A stretch of DNA of 64,000 bases, from NCBI GenBank assembly GCA_003154195.1, contig PMCS01000006.1, positions 17,676-81,675 on the forward strand. Direction: 5' to 3'. This document shows positions 26,397 through 36,615 of the stretch, piece by piece. The DNA is from Candidatus Omnitrophota bacterium (GTDB lineage: Bacteria > Omnitrophota > Gorgyraeia > Duberdicusellales > 4484-171). Each line of letters begins with the position of its first letter. Position 1 is the first letter of the stretch. The notes under the pieces are model-generated. The model saw only the letters and a list, made by a program, of their open reading frames with translations. It made no database searches and was not told where the DNA came from. A program made the translations under genes and the position numbers.

Positions 26397-27509
26397 TTAA
26401 GATAAATTACTTACGAAATCTTTATACCCAAAACGCCGCGCTACTTCTATTTCTCCATTAAGCCTTTTCACGACAATCGAGGGCATCGCCAGTCCGTTAA
26501 ACCAATTTTTTTTGACCATGGTGTAGCCGGCGGCGTCAGAAATTTTAATTATGCTGCCTATTTTCAACCGTGATTTGAAGCGGTAAGTCCCGAAAATATC
26601 TCCCGCCAGGCAGGAGCGGCCGGCAATCATGTATTTAAACCGCCCCCGGCCGGAATTTTCGATTTTTGCGTTTAATCGATAAATCAATAAATCAAGCATA
26701 TGCGCTTCCGTTGAGGCGTCAATGACGGCGATATCTATTTCGTTATGGACAATATCTACGACTTGGGTTATCAGTTCAGTAGTGCCGGTTACCGCGGATT
26801 CGCCCGGTTCCAGGTACACTTGAACTTTAAAACGTTCGCTGAATTCTTTCAACCGTTTAGCGAATTTTTCTACCGGATAACCGTCGCGGGTAAAGAAAAT
26901 TCCGCCTCCCAGGCTCACCCATTTCAGTTTTTTCAATAAATCCGAGTATCCTCGGCTGATGGAATCGAGGTTCAGGGAAAAGTTTGAAAAATCATCATTC
27001 TCGCAGTTAAAATGAAACATTGCCCCGTTAAGAAGGGGGGATATTTTTAGAAGAATTTTTTTATCACGGACGCCTAACCGGGAATATTGCCGCGCCGGAT
27101 CGGCCAAGTCAAAGTGAGAATAGCTTACCCCGGGGTTTACCCGCAATCCGATTTCTAATCTGCGCACATCGTTGTAAAATAACTTTAATTGCGATATCGA
27201 ATTAAAAATAACCTTATCGGCGATTTTTTTAATCGTGTCGATGTCGGTTTTATTGAATCCTACGCTGTAAGCGTGTACTTCTTTGCCGAATTTTTCATGG
27301 CCGAGGCGGGCTTCATAAGGAGAGCTTGAAGTTGTGCCGTCCAGGTATTGTTTCATCAGGCCGAAAGAACACCATGTAGAAAAACACTTTAGCGCCAGCA
27401 CTACCTTCGCGCCGGAAATATTCTTGACGTATCCGATGATTTTTAAATTTCTTAATAATTTGCGTTCATCAATCAGGTAATAGGGCGTTTCGGGAAGTGT
27501 GTTTTGCAT
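26397..27509 (-). CDS. nspC: Carboxynorspermidine/carboxyspermidine decarboxylase (fold-III PLP decarboxylase)
   Basis: 370 aa, N-terminus PYYLIDERKLLRNLKII. Alanine-racemase-like PLP barrel family. First gene of the minus-strand polyamine operon. Confidence 0.85.
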   Translation of the reverse strand: MQNTLPETPYYLIDERKLLRNLKIIGYVKNISGAKVVLALKCFSTWCSFGLMKQYLDGTTSSSPYEARLGHEKFGKEVHAYSVGFNKTDIDTIKKIADKVIFNSISQLKLFYNDVRRLEIGLRVNPGVSYSHFDLADPARQYSRLGVRDKKILLKISPLLNGAMFHFNCENDDFSNFSLNLDSISRGYSDLLKKLKWVSLGGGIFFTRDGYPVEKFAKRLKEFSERFKVQVYLEPGESAVTGTTELITQVVDIVHNEIDIAVIDASTEAHMLDLLIYRLNAKIENSGRGRFKYMIAGRSCLAGDIFGTYRFKSRLKIGSIIKISDAAGYTMVKKNWFNGLAMPSIVVKRLNGEIEVARRFGYKDFVSNLS

Positions 27510-27699
27510 TTTTTAAATAAACGTTCCGGCTGTTTTTGCCATCCTGTTTCAGGCAAAAAAATTTTTACATTGTATACTTTTCACACAATACATCTACAAA
27601 AATTATCTTAACAACATTTGATTGCACTTGCAAGAAATTTTTTAATGAGCGCATTATTTTTTCTAGTGTACTCACGACGAAAAAATAATAGCGCGAATT

Positions 27700-27960
27700 A
27701 TCCAAAACCGTAGGCGCGCTTAGAGCGCGACTTCAGGTTTTGGGTAATGAGGCTTCGCCGAAATCAAGCGCGAAGCGCGCAGGTTGAGGCGGTAGCCGAA
27801 CTTCCCGCCTGCGCTTCACTCGGCGGGATCACGCTTCCTTGATATAACCATATTAGGAAGGCGGTGAACCTCGAGCGAGGAGCGAAGCGACGAGTCGAGG
27901 GATAATGAGCCTTAATTTTTTTCCGCCTATGGCGGGAAAAAAATCCAGGTCTTATTAATA
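27700..27960. repeat. Mosaic repeat (reverse-oriented modules of the CTCATTAA family) in the polyamine-operon upstream region
   Basis: ccgtaggcgcgcttagagcgcgac; taatgaggcttcgccg; the reverse complement of 27780-27870 matches the ggttcaccgcc..cccgccgag..gcaggcgggaa module at 34220 and 51940; ttttttccgcctatggcgggaaaaaaa hairpin. Confidence 0.8.
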
Positions 27961-28033
27961 AATATTTGACAAAAAATAAAATATGCTTACAATATAGTTT
28001 TCTATATTCGAATATTGAGGAATAAGGAAATAT

Positions 28034-28363
28034 ATGGAAGAATTAGCTTATAAAATAAAAGCGGATTTTCTGGGAGCGTTGGCCCATCCGTTACGCCTCC
28101 AGGTAATCGAGTTTTTAAAAGGCGGCGAGAAAAACGTCGGAGCGATAATTAAGACACTGGGAATCCCCCAATCCAGTCTTTCCCGCCACCTGACTATCTT
28201 GAGGGAAACCGGCATATTGAAATCGCGGCAGCAGGGAACGACGATCTATTACGCTATCGACGACCGGGATATATTCAGCGTTCTGCGGCCGATTGCGGAA
28301 ATGCTGCGGAAGAAACTTAAAAAAACCGAAGCGGTTTTGAATAGTTTAGGCAAAGAGGAATGA
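28034..28363 (+). CDS. ArsR/SmtB-family transcriptional regulator
   Basis: HTH segment LAHPLRLQVIEFLKGGEKNVGAIIKTLGIPQSSLSRHLTILRETGIL. 109 aa. Confidence 0.85.
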   Translation: MEELAYKIKADFLGALAHPLRLQVIEFLKGGEKNVGAIIKTLGIPQSSLSRHLTILRETGILKSRQQGTTIYYAIDDRDIFSVLRPIAEMLRKKLKKTEAVLNSLGKEE

Positions 28364-28409
28364 ATACCCGCCGATGCGTCGTGGCGGATTATCTAAAGGA
28401 GGAAGGGAA

Positions 28410-28637
28410 ATGCCGCAGGCAATAATGTTAACCCCCGGCGATATTATCGAATATACCGAAGGCCATAAAGCGCGAATTACCAAGATAAGAATAATTTCCA
28501 GCGGAGAGTTCGTGACGCAATGTAAACATGACGGAAACGGCGACGATGTTATCCTGACCCTGGATGATGGCCAGGGCATTATCAATTTCTGGCTTAAAGA
28601 CCGGGTTGTGCATAAAATGGCGGAAGCTAAACGATGA
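28410..28637 (+). CDS. Hypothetical small protein
   Basis: Start set at the ATG 7 nt after SD aaaggagg (track ORF begins 28374). 75 aa, no recognisable domain. Confidence 0.5.
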   Translation: MPQAIMLTPGDIIEYTEGHKARITKIRIISSGEFVTQCKHDGNGDDVILTLDDGQGIINFWLKDRVVHKMAEAKR

Positions 28638-28696
28638 TCCTGGGGCTGTTGCGGTGTGCGCGGTTATATTTTACTTGTTTTTAAAGCGCTAAAGCT

Positions 28697-29596
28697 ATGG
28701 AACATTTTGATTTGGGGATTGCCTGGAATTGGGAACCGGACAATGAGTTTGTTGAAGGTTTACACAATGAAGCGCTGGGAAGGGGATTAAAGCCTTATTT
28801 GCTTCATGCTTATAATTTCTACAGTTCTTTGAAAGATATTGCCGAAAGCAATATCTATTTTCGTTTTTTCCTGAACCGGACCAATGAAAATGACAGCGCT
28901 TTTAACGGCCTATCGAATTTTTTAATGAGAAAAAATATCGCGGTTATTAACCGTCCCGATATCGCAAGAAGGTCGGAAGATAAATTTCTAATGCATGCCG
29001 AATTCAAGAAAAATAACATACCGGTGCCGGAAACTTTTTTTCTAATGCCCGGCGACGACAACTGTGTTCTCGAGGCAAAAATAAAAAATTTATCTAAGCC
29101 GTTTGTGCTGAAACCCGCTGCCGGTTCTTGCGGGGATGGGGTGGTTTTGGGCGCTAAATCGGTGGAAGATATTTTGCAATTACGCCGGACTCACGGCGAT
29201 ATTCCCTATCTAGCCCAGGAAAGGATTTTCCCGGAGGATTTAAAAAACAAACCGGCCTGGTTTCGGGTTTTTTGCTGCCATGGAAAAATCACACCTTGCT
29301 GGTGGCACCCCGAAACGCATGCCTATCGCGTCCTGGAACGTAACGAAATGGATAGATTTGAATTATCGCGCTTATTCCGTATAGCGGAACAAATTATCTC
29401 AGTTTGTAAGTTGGATTTTTTTACTACCGAGATAGCGGTCGACGGCAAAGGTGATTTTTTCGTGATCGATTATGCTAATGACCAGCCCGATATGCGCAAG
29501 CAATCTAAATTTAAGGACGGGGTGCCGGATAGAATAGTCGATGGGGTCATCGCTGATATCGTTTCGTTTGTAAAAATGGCGGAAAATAATCAATAA
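28697..29596 (+). CDS. ATP-grasp domain protein (RimK/glutathionylspermidine-synthetase-like fold), function unknown
   Basis: KPFVLKPAAGSCGDGVVLGAKSVEDI and FFVIDYANDQPDM are typical ATP-grasp segments. 299 aa. Confidence 0.6.
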   Translation: MEHFDLGIAWNWEPDNEFVEGLHNEALGRGLKPYLLHAYNFYSSLKDIAESNIYFRFFLNRTNENDSAFNGLSNFLMRKNIAVINRPDIARRSEDKFLMHAEFKKNNIPVPETFFLMPGDDNCVLEAKIKNLSKPFVLKPAAGSCGDGVVLGAKSVEDILQLRRTHGDIPYLAQERIFPEDLKNKPAWFRVFCCHGKITPCWWHPETHAYRVLERNEMDRFELSRLFRIAEQIISVCKLDFFTTEIAVDGKGDFFVIDYANDQPDMRKQSKFKDGVPDRIVDGVIADIVSFVKMAENNQ

Positions 29597-29796
29597 CGTT
29601 TGCGCCAGTTTCGCGGGCGCAGGGCGATATGGGAAATGTATTTGGCCCCCGGCTCCACGAGCCGCTGGCTCGGAGAGTGAAATACATTTTTTGTCCTAAG
29701 AGCCGGCCGATTTAAATTGAATCGGCAAATTCAATTTTAGAAAGGCTGCGCTTGAAATCAGGATAAAGGCATAATGGTTAAAAGGAGGAGGTTGGT

Positions 29797-30222
29797 ATGG
29801 TTAAGGCGGCACGATTGATGGCTTTCAGTCTGGCGGCAACGTTAATTATGGGGGCGGGGGTTCTGCTTTACGCCCAAGAAAAAAACGAACCGAAAATTAC
29901 TTTCCTGACCGGTGAAGTAGTATCGGTGGATTCAGATGCGTCAACAGTGGTGATAAAACAGCTTATCGACGTGGCGGCAAATACATATAAAGATGCCGAT
30001 ATAGCGGTTTTACCGGAAACCAAAATTATCAGAGGCGATGCCGCGTTGACGCTTTCGGAGCTTAACGCCGGTGACAAAGTTGAGGTAGAATCGAAAATCG
30101 ACGCTTCAGGAAAATCAAAGGTAACGGCTATTACCGTTGAGCCTAAAGAAGCAGCAAAGGAAGCAGTGACGGAAGCAGCAAGCGAAGCGGTACCGGCCGG
30201 TAACGATACATCTGACAGATAA
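29797..30222 (+). CDS. Hypothetical secreted protein
   Basis: SD ggaggagg. Signal peptide MVKAARLMAFSLAATLIMGAGVLLYA. Ala/Glu-rich tail. Confidence 0.6.
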   Translation: MVKAARLMAFSLAATLIMGAGVLLYAQEKNEPKITFLTGEVVSVDSDASTVVIKQLIDVAANTYKDADIAVLPETKIIRGDAALTLSELNAGDKVEVESKIDASGKSKVTAITVEPKEAAKEAVTEAASEAVPAGNDTSDR

Positions 30223-30227
30223 TAAAT

Positions 30228-30264
30228 AGCGGCGGCGTAAGTAATTTCGCCGCCGCTATTTTCT
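30228..30264 (+). terminator. Rho-independent terminator (agcggcggcg-taagtaatttc-gccgccgct + attttct)
   Basis: 9-bp GC stem followed by a U-run, seen directly. Confidence 0.8.
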
Positions 30265-30516
30265 AATATTTGTTTTTTGTTTCGAAAAAAATCAGGGAAT
30301 GCATCGGTTAAGAATTATCGGCGTATCTTGACAAAAGATACTGCTGCGTATAAAATATTAATTACTAAGACTTGAGTTTTTCAAGCCGTAGGCGCAGAAA
30401 AACGATTAGTCGCAGTTATACCCCGCGGCTTGCCGCAGGGAGGTTCATTAGTTTTTATATTTTTTTAAGTTCACTAATATCCTATTAACTTATTCAAATC
30501 TATAGTGAGGTGGAGA

Positions 30517-30978
30517 ATGGCAAAGAAAATATTTCTAGCTGTCGCGGTGGTTTTATTTCTTGCTGGTTGCGGTACCGGCAAAAAGATAAACGTTTTGGAG
30601 ACAAAAGTCGATTCCCTGGAAGGTAAGATTAATTCCGTGGAAGGGCGTCAGAGTTCTATCGAGACACAGGCGGGGGATTCGCGGGAATCTATCGGTTATG
30701 TAAAAGGAAAAGTCGATGGTATGCCCAAGGGCCCTTCGACGGTAGTCGTTACCGGCTCCCAGGGCAATAACGGCGGTTTTTCCGGTAAAAAACGGTTGAC
30801 TAACAAGGAAATCCAAACTACGTTGAAAGACGCCGGTTATTATTCCGGGAATATCGATGGAAAACTCGGTAAAAATACTAAAAAGGCGATAAAGGAGTTC
30901 CAGAAAGCAAATGGTTTGAAAGTCGACGGCGTAGCCGGCGACGCGACAATGAGCATGCTGTCGCAATACCTTAAATGA
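30517..30978 (+). CDS. Lipoprotein with C-terminal peptidoglycan-binding domain (PG_binding_1-like)
   Basis: Lipobox LAGC. The C-terminal LKDAGYYSGNIDGKLGKNTKKAIKEFQKANGLKVDGVAGDATMSML matches the peptidoglycan-binding repeat. Start set at the Met after ggtgga. Confidence 0.7.
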   Translation: MAKKIFLAVAVVLFLAGCGTGKKINVLETKVDSLEGKINSVEGRQSSIETQAGDSRESIGYVKGKVDGMPKGPSTVVVTGSQGNNGGFSGKKRLTNKEIQTTLKDAGYYSGNIDGKLGKNTKKAIKEFQKANGLKVDGVAGDATMSMLSQYLK

Positions 30979-31047
30979 ATTTATCCTACGGCAAGCCGCA
31001 GGATAAATTCATCGGCAAATCCGCCGAGGCGGATTTGGAAAAACTCA
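30976..31047 (+). terminator. Terminator cassette (palindrome tgaatttatcctacggcaagccgcaggataaattca + atcggcaaatccgccgaggcggatttgga), second copy
   Basis: Same two-hairpin architecture and identical second hairpin as 10979..11040. The first palindrome differs but keeps its pairing. Confidence 0.6.
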
Positions 31048-31301
31048 AGAAACTTCGGTCTCACCGAAGGTGAGGCCTCACAACTACCATAAAAAATAAG
31101 GATTATGCCTTATTGATAGGGTAAGTAATCTTCGAAAGGCTGCGTATCTTAATCTTGCCTTTGATGATGCCGATTGCCGCATAAAAATTTTCATAATCGT
31201 TTTCCTGCAAGAAAAAATTTATCTCGTAATTATTATTTTGGGGGTTGACTTTTATCTCCGAAATGGACCGATGTTATTTTTTTTACGGAGTAAAAAATAA
31301 A

Positions 31302-33137
31302 ATGGGATATTTTAATGCGTCGATGTCTTTTTCTTTTGACTATCTCTCTCTGTTTTTTCTTGCCGTTATCGCCGTCGTATCTGTTCCCAGCGCGGTATAT
31401 TCTGTAGGCTACCTGAAGGGAGAATATCCGCGGGCAAAAATTATTTTTGCCTGGTTTTTGCTCGTTATGTTTATCCTGGCGATGGTTTTGGTAGTTACGG
31501 TCAGCAACGCATTCGTTTTTCTTATCGTCTGGGAAACGATGTCGCTGGTTTCCTATTTTCTTGTTACTTTCGATAACGAACAAGAAAAATCGTTACGCGC
31601 GGGGATAATTTACATTGTCATGACCCATGTCGGTACGGCATTGATCACGGCGGCGATTTTAACAATGTTTCAGTACAGCCATTCTTTTGATTTTGCGGCG
31701 CTTAAATCCGGTTGCCAAATTATGCCGGAAAATACTAAGAATTTCGTTTTTATTCTCCTTTTTTTCGGTTTTGGCGCCAAAGCCGGGGTAGTGCCTCTGC
31801 ACATCTGGCTTCCTTACGCTCATCCCCAGGCGCCCAGTCACGTATCCGGCATCATGTCGGGGGTAATGATTAAAATCGCCATATATGGGATATTGCGTTT
31901 TGTCATATGCATCCTGGGAGTAACGGCGATGTGGTGGGGAAATATGATTTTAATCATCGCTTCAATTTCCTGCGTTGTAGGGGTTATGTATGCGCTTATG
32001 GAGCATGATATAAAAAAACTTTTAGCCTACCATAGCGTCGAAAATATCGGAATAATTTTGCTGGGTATCGGGGCGGGGATGGTGTTTTTAAAAATGGACC
32101 TTCCCGTCCTGGCGGTTTTTGCGTTTTGCGCCGGGCTCTATCATCTGATCAATCACGCGATCTTCAAGGGGCTGTTATTTTTATGCGCCGGCAGCGTGTA
32201 CAAAGCGACCGGAACGCGCGACATCGAAAAACTGGGCGGCCTCATCAAAGTCATGCCGCGCACGGCGCTGTTTTTTTTAATCGGCTCCATCGCGATTTCC
32301 GGCCTGCCGCCCTTAAACGGCTTTGTCAGCGAATGGCTTACGCTTCAGGCTTTTTTTCTGGGGGCTTTAGCCGGTACTGCCGGCACGAAAATTTTTATGG
32401 GGTTGTGTGCCGCGGTTTTGGCGCTGACCGGCGGCCTTGCCGCCGCGTGTTTCGCGAAAGCCTTCGGGGTAACTTTCTTAGCGATGCCGCGCAGCGCGCG
32501 CGCGGCTAACGCGAAAGAAGTTTCACTGAGCATGAAATCGGCAATGTTTTTTCTGTCTTTGCTTACGGTCATCTTCGGCTTATTCCCGGCGGTAATAATG
32601 AAAATATTAGTCAAAGTTTCCGGCGAGATAACAGGGATCGATACCGCGGCCATGAGTTTTAGCCTGAATAATTTTTCCCTCGCGCCGCAACCCGCGAACC
32701 GCGCGTGTTTATCGAATCCTTTGCTGGCATTAATCCTTATTTTCTTTTGCGGTTTAGCGGCGGCCGTGTATTATCTATTGCCGGGGCGTAGGAATACCGT
32801 AAAAAACCGAACATGGGATTGCGGGTATTATAAGCTGGATAGCCGTAACGAATATACCGCTACGGCATTTTCCAAACCTTTCCGGGCGGCGTTCAGCTTT
32901 TTCTTTTTGCCTTATCGAAAAACCGAAAAAATACGGGAGTCTTTTTATCATGTAAAATATTTCAAATACGAAACGTTCACTACGCCTATTTTCAAACAAT
33001 ATATTTACGACCCGATCGTCAACGCGATATTTATGGCCGCCGGCTACATGCGCCGGATCCAGCGGGGGAGTATCCATCTATATATCGCGTATATTTTTAT
33101 TACTCTATTGGGGCTTATCATTTTTTATCGAGGATAA
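31302..33137 (+). CDS. Hydrogenase-4 component B / formate hydrogenlyase subunit 3-like antiporter-type membrane subunit (NuoL/HyfB family)
   Basis: Start at MGYFNAS with a ggag SD (track ORF begins 31245). Polytopic, with conserved ...WETMSLVSYFLV... and ...LPYAHPQAPSHVSG... segments of the NuoL/HycC/HyfB family. Confidence 0.85.
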   Translation: MGYFNASMSFSFDYLSLFFLAVIAVVSVPSAVYSVGYLKGEYPRAKIIFAWFLLVMFILAMVLVVTVSNAFVFLIVWETMSLVSYFLVTFDNEQEKSLRAGIIYIVMTHVGTALITAAILTMFQYSHSFDFAALKSGCQIMPENTKNFVFILLFFGFGAKAGVVPLHIWLPYAHPQAPSHVSGIMSGVMIKIAIYGILRFVICILGVTAMWWGNMILIIASISCVVGVMYALMEHDIKKLLAYHSVENIGIILLGIGAGMVFLKMDLPVLAVFAFCAGLYHLINHAIFKGLLFLCAGSVYKATGTRDIEKLGGLIKVMPRTALFFLIGSIAISGLPPLNGFVSEWLTLQAFFLGALAGTAGTKIFMGLCAAVLALTGGLAAACFAKAFGVTFLAMPRSARAANAKEVSLSMKSAMFFLSLLTVIFGLFPAVIMKILVKVSGEITGIDTAAMSFSLNNFSLAPQPANRACLSNPLLALILIFFCGLAAAVYYLLPGRRNTVKNRTWDCGYYKLDSRNEYTATAFSKPFRAAFSFFFLPYRKTEKIRESFYHVKYFKYETFTTPIFKQYIYDPIVNAIFMAAGYMRRIQRGSIHLYIAYIFITLLGLIIFYRG

Positions 33138-33151
33138 AATAGCGAGGCATT

Positions 33152-34072
33152 ATGAAAACGATTGTTGTTATCGGGCAAACGTTATTGGTAATCTTGCTTG
33201 CGCCGTTAATCGGCGGCTTCATCCGTAAGATTAAAAATAATTTACGGATGCGCAAGGGCGCGCCGGTTTTACAGCCTTACTATAATTTGAGTAAGCTTTT
33301 CATCAAGCAAGAGGTCGTATCGGATAATTCTTCCTGGATATTTAAAATCACACCATTTATCGTATTGGGGGCGGCAGTCACGGCATTATTACTGGTGCCA
33401 TTTTTTCATACCGGTTTTTCCCTAAGTAATATCGGAGATTTTTTTGCGCTGATATTTATTTTATCGTTAGGCCGTTTTTTTCTCGCTCTCGCCGGCTTAG
33501 ACACCGCCAGTTCGTTCGGCGGTATGGGATCTTCCCGGGAAATGTTTTTATCCAGCCTGGTGGAACCGACGGCAATCCTTGCCGTAATGGCGGTTTCTTT
33601 GAATGCCGGTTCGACCAATCTTGAAATGATCGCAAATGTTGGGGCGATACCGGTTTCTTCGTTATTAGCCGCCTTAGCGTTATTTTTAGTCACAATCGTC
33701 GAGACCGGCCGTATCCCCATCGATAATCAGGAAACCCATCTTGAACTTACCATGATTCATGAAGCGATGGTTTTAGAGTATTCCGGACGATCCCTGGCAA
33801 TGATCGAATTGGCCGCGTATATAAAACAAGCAATATTTTTTTCCTTGATTGCCGGCATTATATTACCGTTCAGTATTGTTTATCCGTTTAGTTACGCGCA
33901 GGTTTTAGCCGGTTTCGCGCTATTCGGCGGAGAGATAGTTGCTATTGCCGTCATAACGGCGGTCACGGAAGTTTCGATTGCGAAAATGCGTTTATTCCGG
34001 GCGGTAGATTTTTTAGCGTTTTCTTTCGCCCTGGGGATTATGGCGGTCGTCGCCCAGTCAATACGGTTGTAA
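33152..34072 (+). CDS. Hydrogenase-4 component C / formate hydrogenlyase subunit 4-like (NuoH/HycD family)
   Basis: 306 aa polytopic protein. The N-terminal LLVILLAPLIGGFIRKIKNNLRMRKGAPVLQPYYNLSKL matches the NuoH-type signature. Confidence 0.85.
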   Translation: MKTIVVIGQTLLVILLAPLIGGFIRKIKNNLRMRKGAPVLQPYYNLSKLFIKQEVVSDNSSWIFKITPFIVLGAAVTALLLVPFFHTGFSLSNIGDFFALIFILSLGRFFLALAGLDTASSFGGMGSSREMFLSSLVEPTAILAVMAVSLNAGSTNLEMIANVGAIPVSSLLAALALFLVTIVETGRIPIDNQETHLELTMIHEAMVLEYSGRSLAMIELAAYIKQAIFFSLIAGIILPFSIVYPFSYAQVLAGFALFGGEIVAIAVITAVTEVSIAKMRLFRAVDFLAFSFALGIMAVVAQSIRL

Positions 34073-34164
34073 GGCATTTAGTATCGTGGTAGTTTTTACA
34101 TTATCAGGAAATGGCTGCGTAGTTTTTTAATTCGTCTTTTCGGGAAGATGGGGTTAATATATTT

Positions 34165-34440
34165 TTCCGGGGGGTGAATTTATTTTTTGCGCAGTAAACC
34201 CCCTCGCTAACGCTTCAGGGGTTCACCGCCTCCCTGATAATTATATCAAGGAAGCGGGATCCCGCCGAGTGAAACGCAGGCGGGAAATTCGACTACCGCC
34301 TCGTCTGGCGACCCCGCCATCCCATAGATGGCGAGGTCTCGTCAATTCGTTTAACGAATTGACGGACTTCAGGCTTGATAATTCAACTAAGCCCTGGGTA
34401 CCGGGCTAGTTTCATTACGGCGAAGTCTCATTAATAATTT
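34165..34440. repeat. Mosaic repeat (CTCATTAA family, long form) inserted between the hyfC-like and hyfE-like genes
   Basis: ggggg...tttattttttgcgcagtaaaccccc; ggggttcaccgcctcc; gcgggatcccgccgag; gcaggcgggaaattcgac; ggataattcaactaagccctgggtaccgggctagtttcattacggcgaagtctcattaataatttATG. Confidence 0.85.
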
Positions 34441-35079
34441 ATGCAAATCGATATATTTTTATTCGGCATGTTAATCGCTAATTTTTTGATGGTTGCGGCG
34501 AAAAGAATTTCCGCTTTAATCAACGGGTTTTGCCTGCAGGCATTGTTGCTTTTTTTAGCTACCTTGATTCTGGCCATCCGTTCAAAAAATATTGAGTTGT
34601 ATATTGTGGCTTTTTTGCTGTTTCTTTTAAAAGTAGTTTTAGTCCCTTATTTTTTACGGCGGATCGTGAAACGGATAAAAGTAGAGGAGAATCTCGGGCT
34701 TTTTGTCAATTCGGCCCTCTCTTTATTTTTAGTCTTAATCTTTACTTATATGGCTTACCTTTTTGCTTCCACATTTATGCCCGTAGGCGAAAGCGTTAAC
34801 GGTATTTCCTGCGTCATCTCGTTATCGGTGATGATGACCGGTGTTTTTATGATGATTTCGCGCATAAAAGCACTGACGCAGATTATCGGGCTTTTAGTCA
34901 TCGAAAACGGTTTGTTTGTGTTTGCCGCGGCAGTTTCCGGCGGCATGCCTTTCATCGTGGAGATAGCGATTTTCTTTGATGTTTTTGTTTGCGTCATAAT
35001 TTTGGGTATTTTTGTTTATCGAATCAACCGGCTTTTTACGCATATTGATGTCAACAAATTAAGGAACCTGAAGGGGTAG
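34441..35079 (+). CDS. Hydrogenase-4 component E-like small membrane subunit (HyfE/NuoK-related)
   Basis: 212 aa, 6-7 TM helices, in the hyf operon position. Assignment rests mainly on context and size. Confidence 0.65.
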   Translation: MQIDIFLFGMLIANFLMVAAKRISALINGFCLQALLLFLATLILAIRSKNIELYIVAFLLFLLKVVLVPYFLRRIVKRIKVEENLGLFVNSALSLFLVLIFTYMAYLFASTFMPVGESVNGISCVISLSVMMTGVFMMISRIKALTQIIGLLVIENGLFVFAAAVSGGMPFIVEIAIFFDVFVCVIILGIFVYRINRLFTHIDVNKLRNLKG

Positions 35080-35134
35080 CGCTTGACCAGTTTTTAAACG
35101 CAAGGCGCGTAGGGAATGCGCGCCGCCCAATCGG

Positions 35135-36610
35135 GTGTCCAGAGGTTATGCGATGCAGTTATTCTATATTCTTGCTCTGCCCTTGCTGCTGATGCTTGTC
35201 CCGGTATTTATAAAAAATAATCGGGTAATCGGGATAATCAATGCGGTAGGGTATTTTTCCCTTTTATTGCCGGCTTTAACCCTGGCGCGTAACTTAGCTT
35301 CCGGCGGTTCCGGGATATCTTTTTTTAACTTTTTCTATGTCGATTCGTTAAGCGCTTTTTTTATTTTGACTACCGCGGTAGTCGGATTTGCCTCCAGCCT
35401 TTATTCCATCGATTATATCGCTAAAGAAACCGCGCATGGCGTTATTTCCGGGAAAAAAGCGAAAATATACTACGCCCTTTTTAATTTATTTCTTTTCTCC
35501 ATGTTTTTCGCGCTCACCGTAAACAACCTGGGGATGTTGTGGGCGGCGATTGAGATGACTACCCTTGCTTCAGCCTTTCTCGTGGGTTTTTACAATACCG
35601 GCGAATCGGTAGAAGCGGCGTGGAAATATATAATTATTTGTTCGGTCGGCATCGCCATCGCCCTTTTCGGGACAATACTTTTTTATTACGCGTTATCCGG
35701 CTCCGGCACGAACAGCCTTAACTGGACGGATATGGCGATGGCCGCCAAAAAACTTGATCCGCGTGTCCTGAAAATCGCATTTTTATTTATTCTGGTCGGT
35801 TATGGGACTAAGGCTGGTGTCGCTCCGATGCACACCTGGCTTCCCGATGCCCATAGCCAGGCGCTTACGCCGATCAGCGCGTTGTTGTCGGCGGTGTTGT
35901 TGAAAACCGCCCTTTACGCGATTTTGCGTTTCGCGATTATCGTAAATAAATGCGCCGGGGAGCAGTATTGCGGAAATTTATTTATATTTTTCGGTTTATT
36001 ATCTTTAGGGATTTCCGCCGGGTTTGTGATTTTGCAAAAAGATATCAAGCGGTTGCTGGCTTACAGCAGTATCGAACATATCGGCGTGGTTCTCGTAGGT
36101 TTTGGTATTTCCGGCGTCCTGGGGATTTATGGCGCGCTAATGCATGTTTTTAACCATGCCGCGGCAAAATCGCTGATGTTTTTTTGCGCCGGTAATATTT
36201 TAAAAAACTACAAGACTACCAACATGAATGTTATCCGCGGCTTAGGCAAAGTCCTGCCGTTTACCGGCGTCGTGGCAATTTTAGGAGCGTTTGCTCTTTC
36301 CGGTTCGCCGCCATTCTCTCTTTTTATCAGCGAAATTATGATTTTAGCCGCCGCCTTTTCCAAAGGCTCCTACATCGTTTGCGCGCTATTTATTATTTTT
36401 CTTTCGGTGGCCTTCGCGGCGATTGTCTACAACCTGAGCCGGGTAGTTTTCGGCAAAAAGCCTGAAGGGATGGTTGTGGAGGGGGAGGCGTTGAGTACGA
36501 AACTGGCGTTTGTTTTTTTATTCGTCTTGATTTGTGTTTTAGGCGTGAAGATTCCCGCGTTTTTTAACGATATCTTAACCGCCGCGGGAAAAGTAGTAAG
36601 CGGGGCTTAA
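35135..36610 (+). CDS. Hydrogenase-4 component F-like antiporter-type membrane subunit (NuoM/NuoN/HyfF family)
   Basis: About 490 aa polytopic protein with ...GYGTKAGVAPMHTWLPDAHSQA... typical of the NuoM/N family. Alternative start at 35153. Confidence 0.8.
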   Translation: MSRGYAMQLFYILALPLLLMLVPVFIKNNRVIGIINAVGYFSLLLPALTLARNLASGGSGISFFNFFYVDSLSAFFILTTAVVGFASSLYSIDYIAKETAHGVISGKKAKIYYALFNLFLFSMFFALTVNNLGMLWAAIEMTTLASAFLVGFYNTGESVEAAWKYIIICSVGIAIALFGTILFYYALSGSGTNSLNWTDMAMAAKKLDPRVLKIAFLFILVGYGTKAGVAPMHTWLPDAHSQALTPISALLSAVLLKTALYAILRFAIIVNKCAGEQYCGNLFIFFGLLSLGISAGFVILQKDIKRLLAYSSIEHIGVVLVGFGISGVLGIYGALMHVFNHAAAKSLMFFCAGNILKNYKTTNMNVIRGLGKVLPFTGVVAILGAFALSGSPPFSLFISEIMILAAAFSKGSYIVCALFIIFLSVAFAAIVYNLSRVVFGKKPEGMVVEGEALSTKLAFVFLFVLICVLGVKIPAFFNDILTAAGKVVSGA

Positions 36611-36615
36611 TCAAT

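Noticed and set aside
31233-31583. ORF 31233..31583 (-) overlapping the start of the NuoL-like gene, and 31245 as the start of that gene
   Set aside because: The minus ORF is antisense to a conserved membrane-subunit N-terminus. The upstream Met codons at 31245 and 31263 precede the conserved short leader/SD (acggagtaaaaaataaaATG), so 31302 is preferred.
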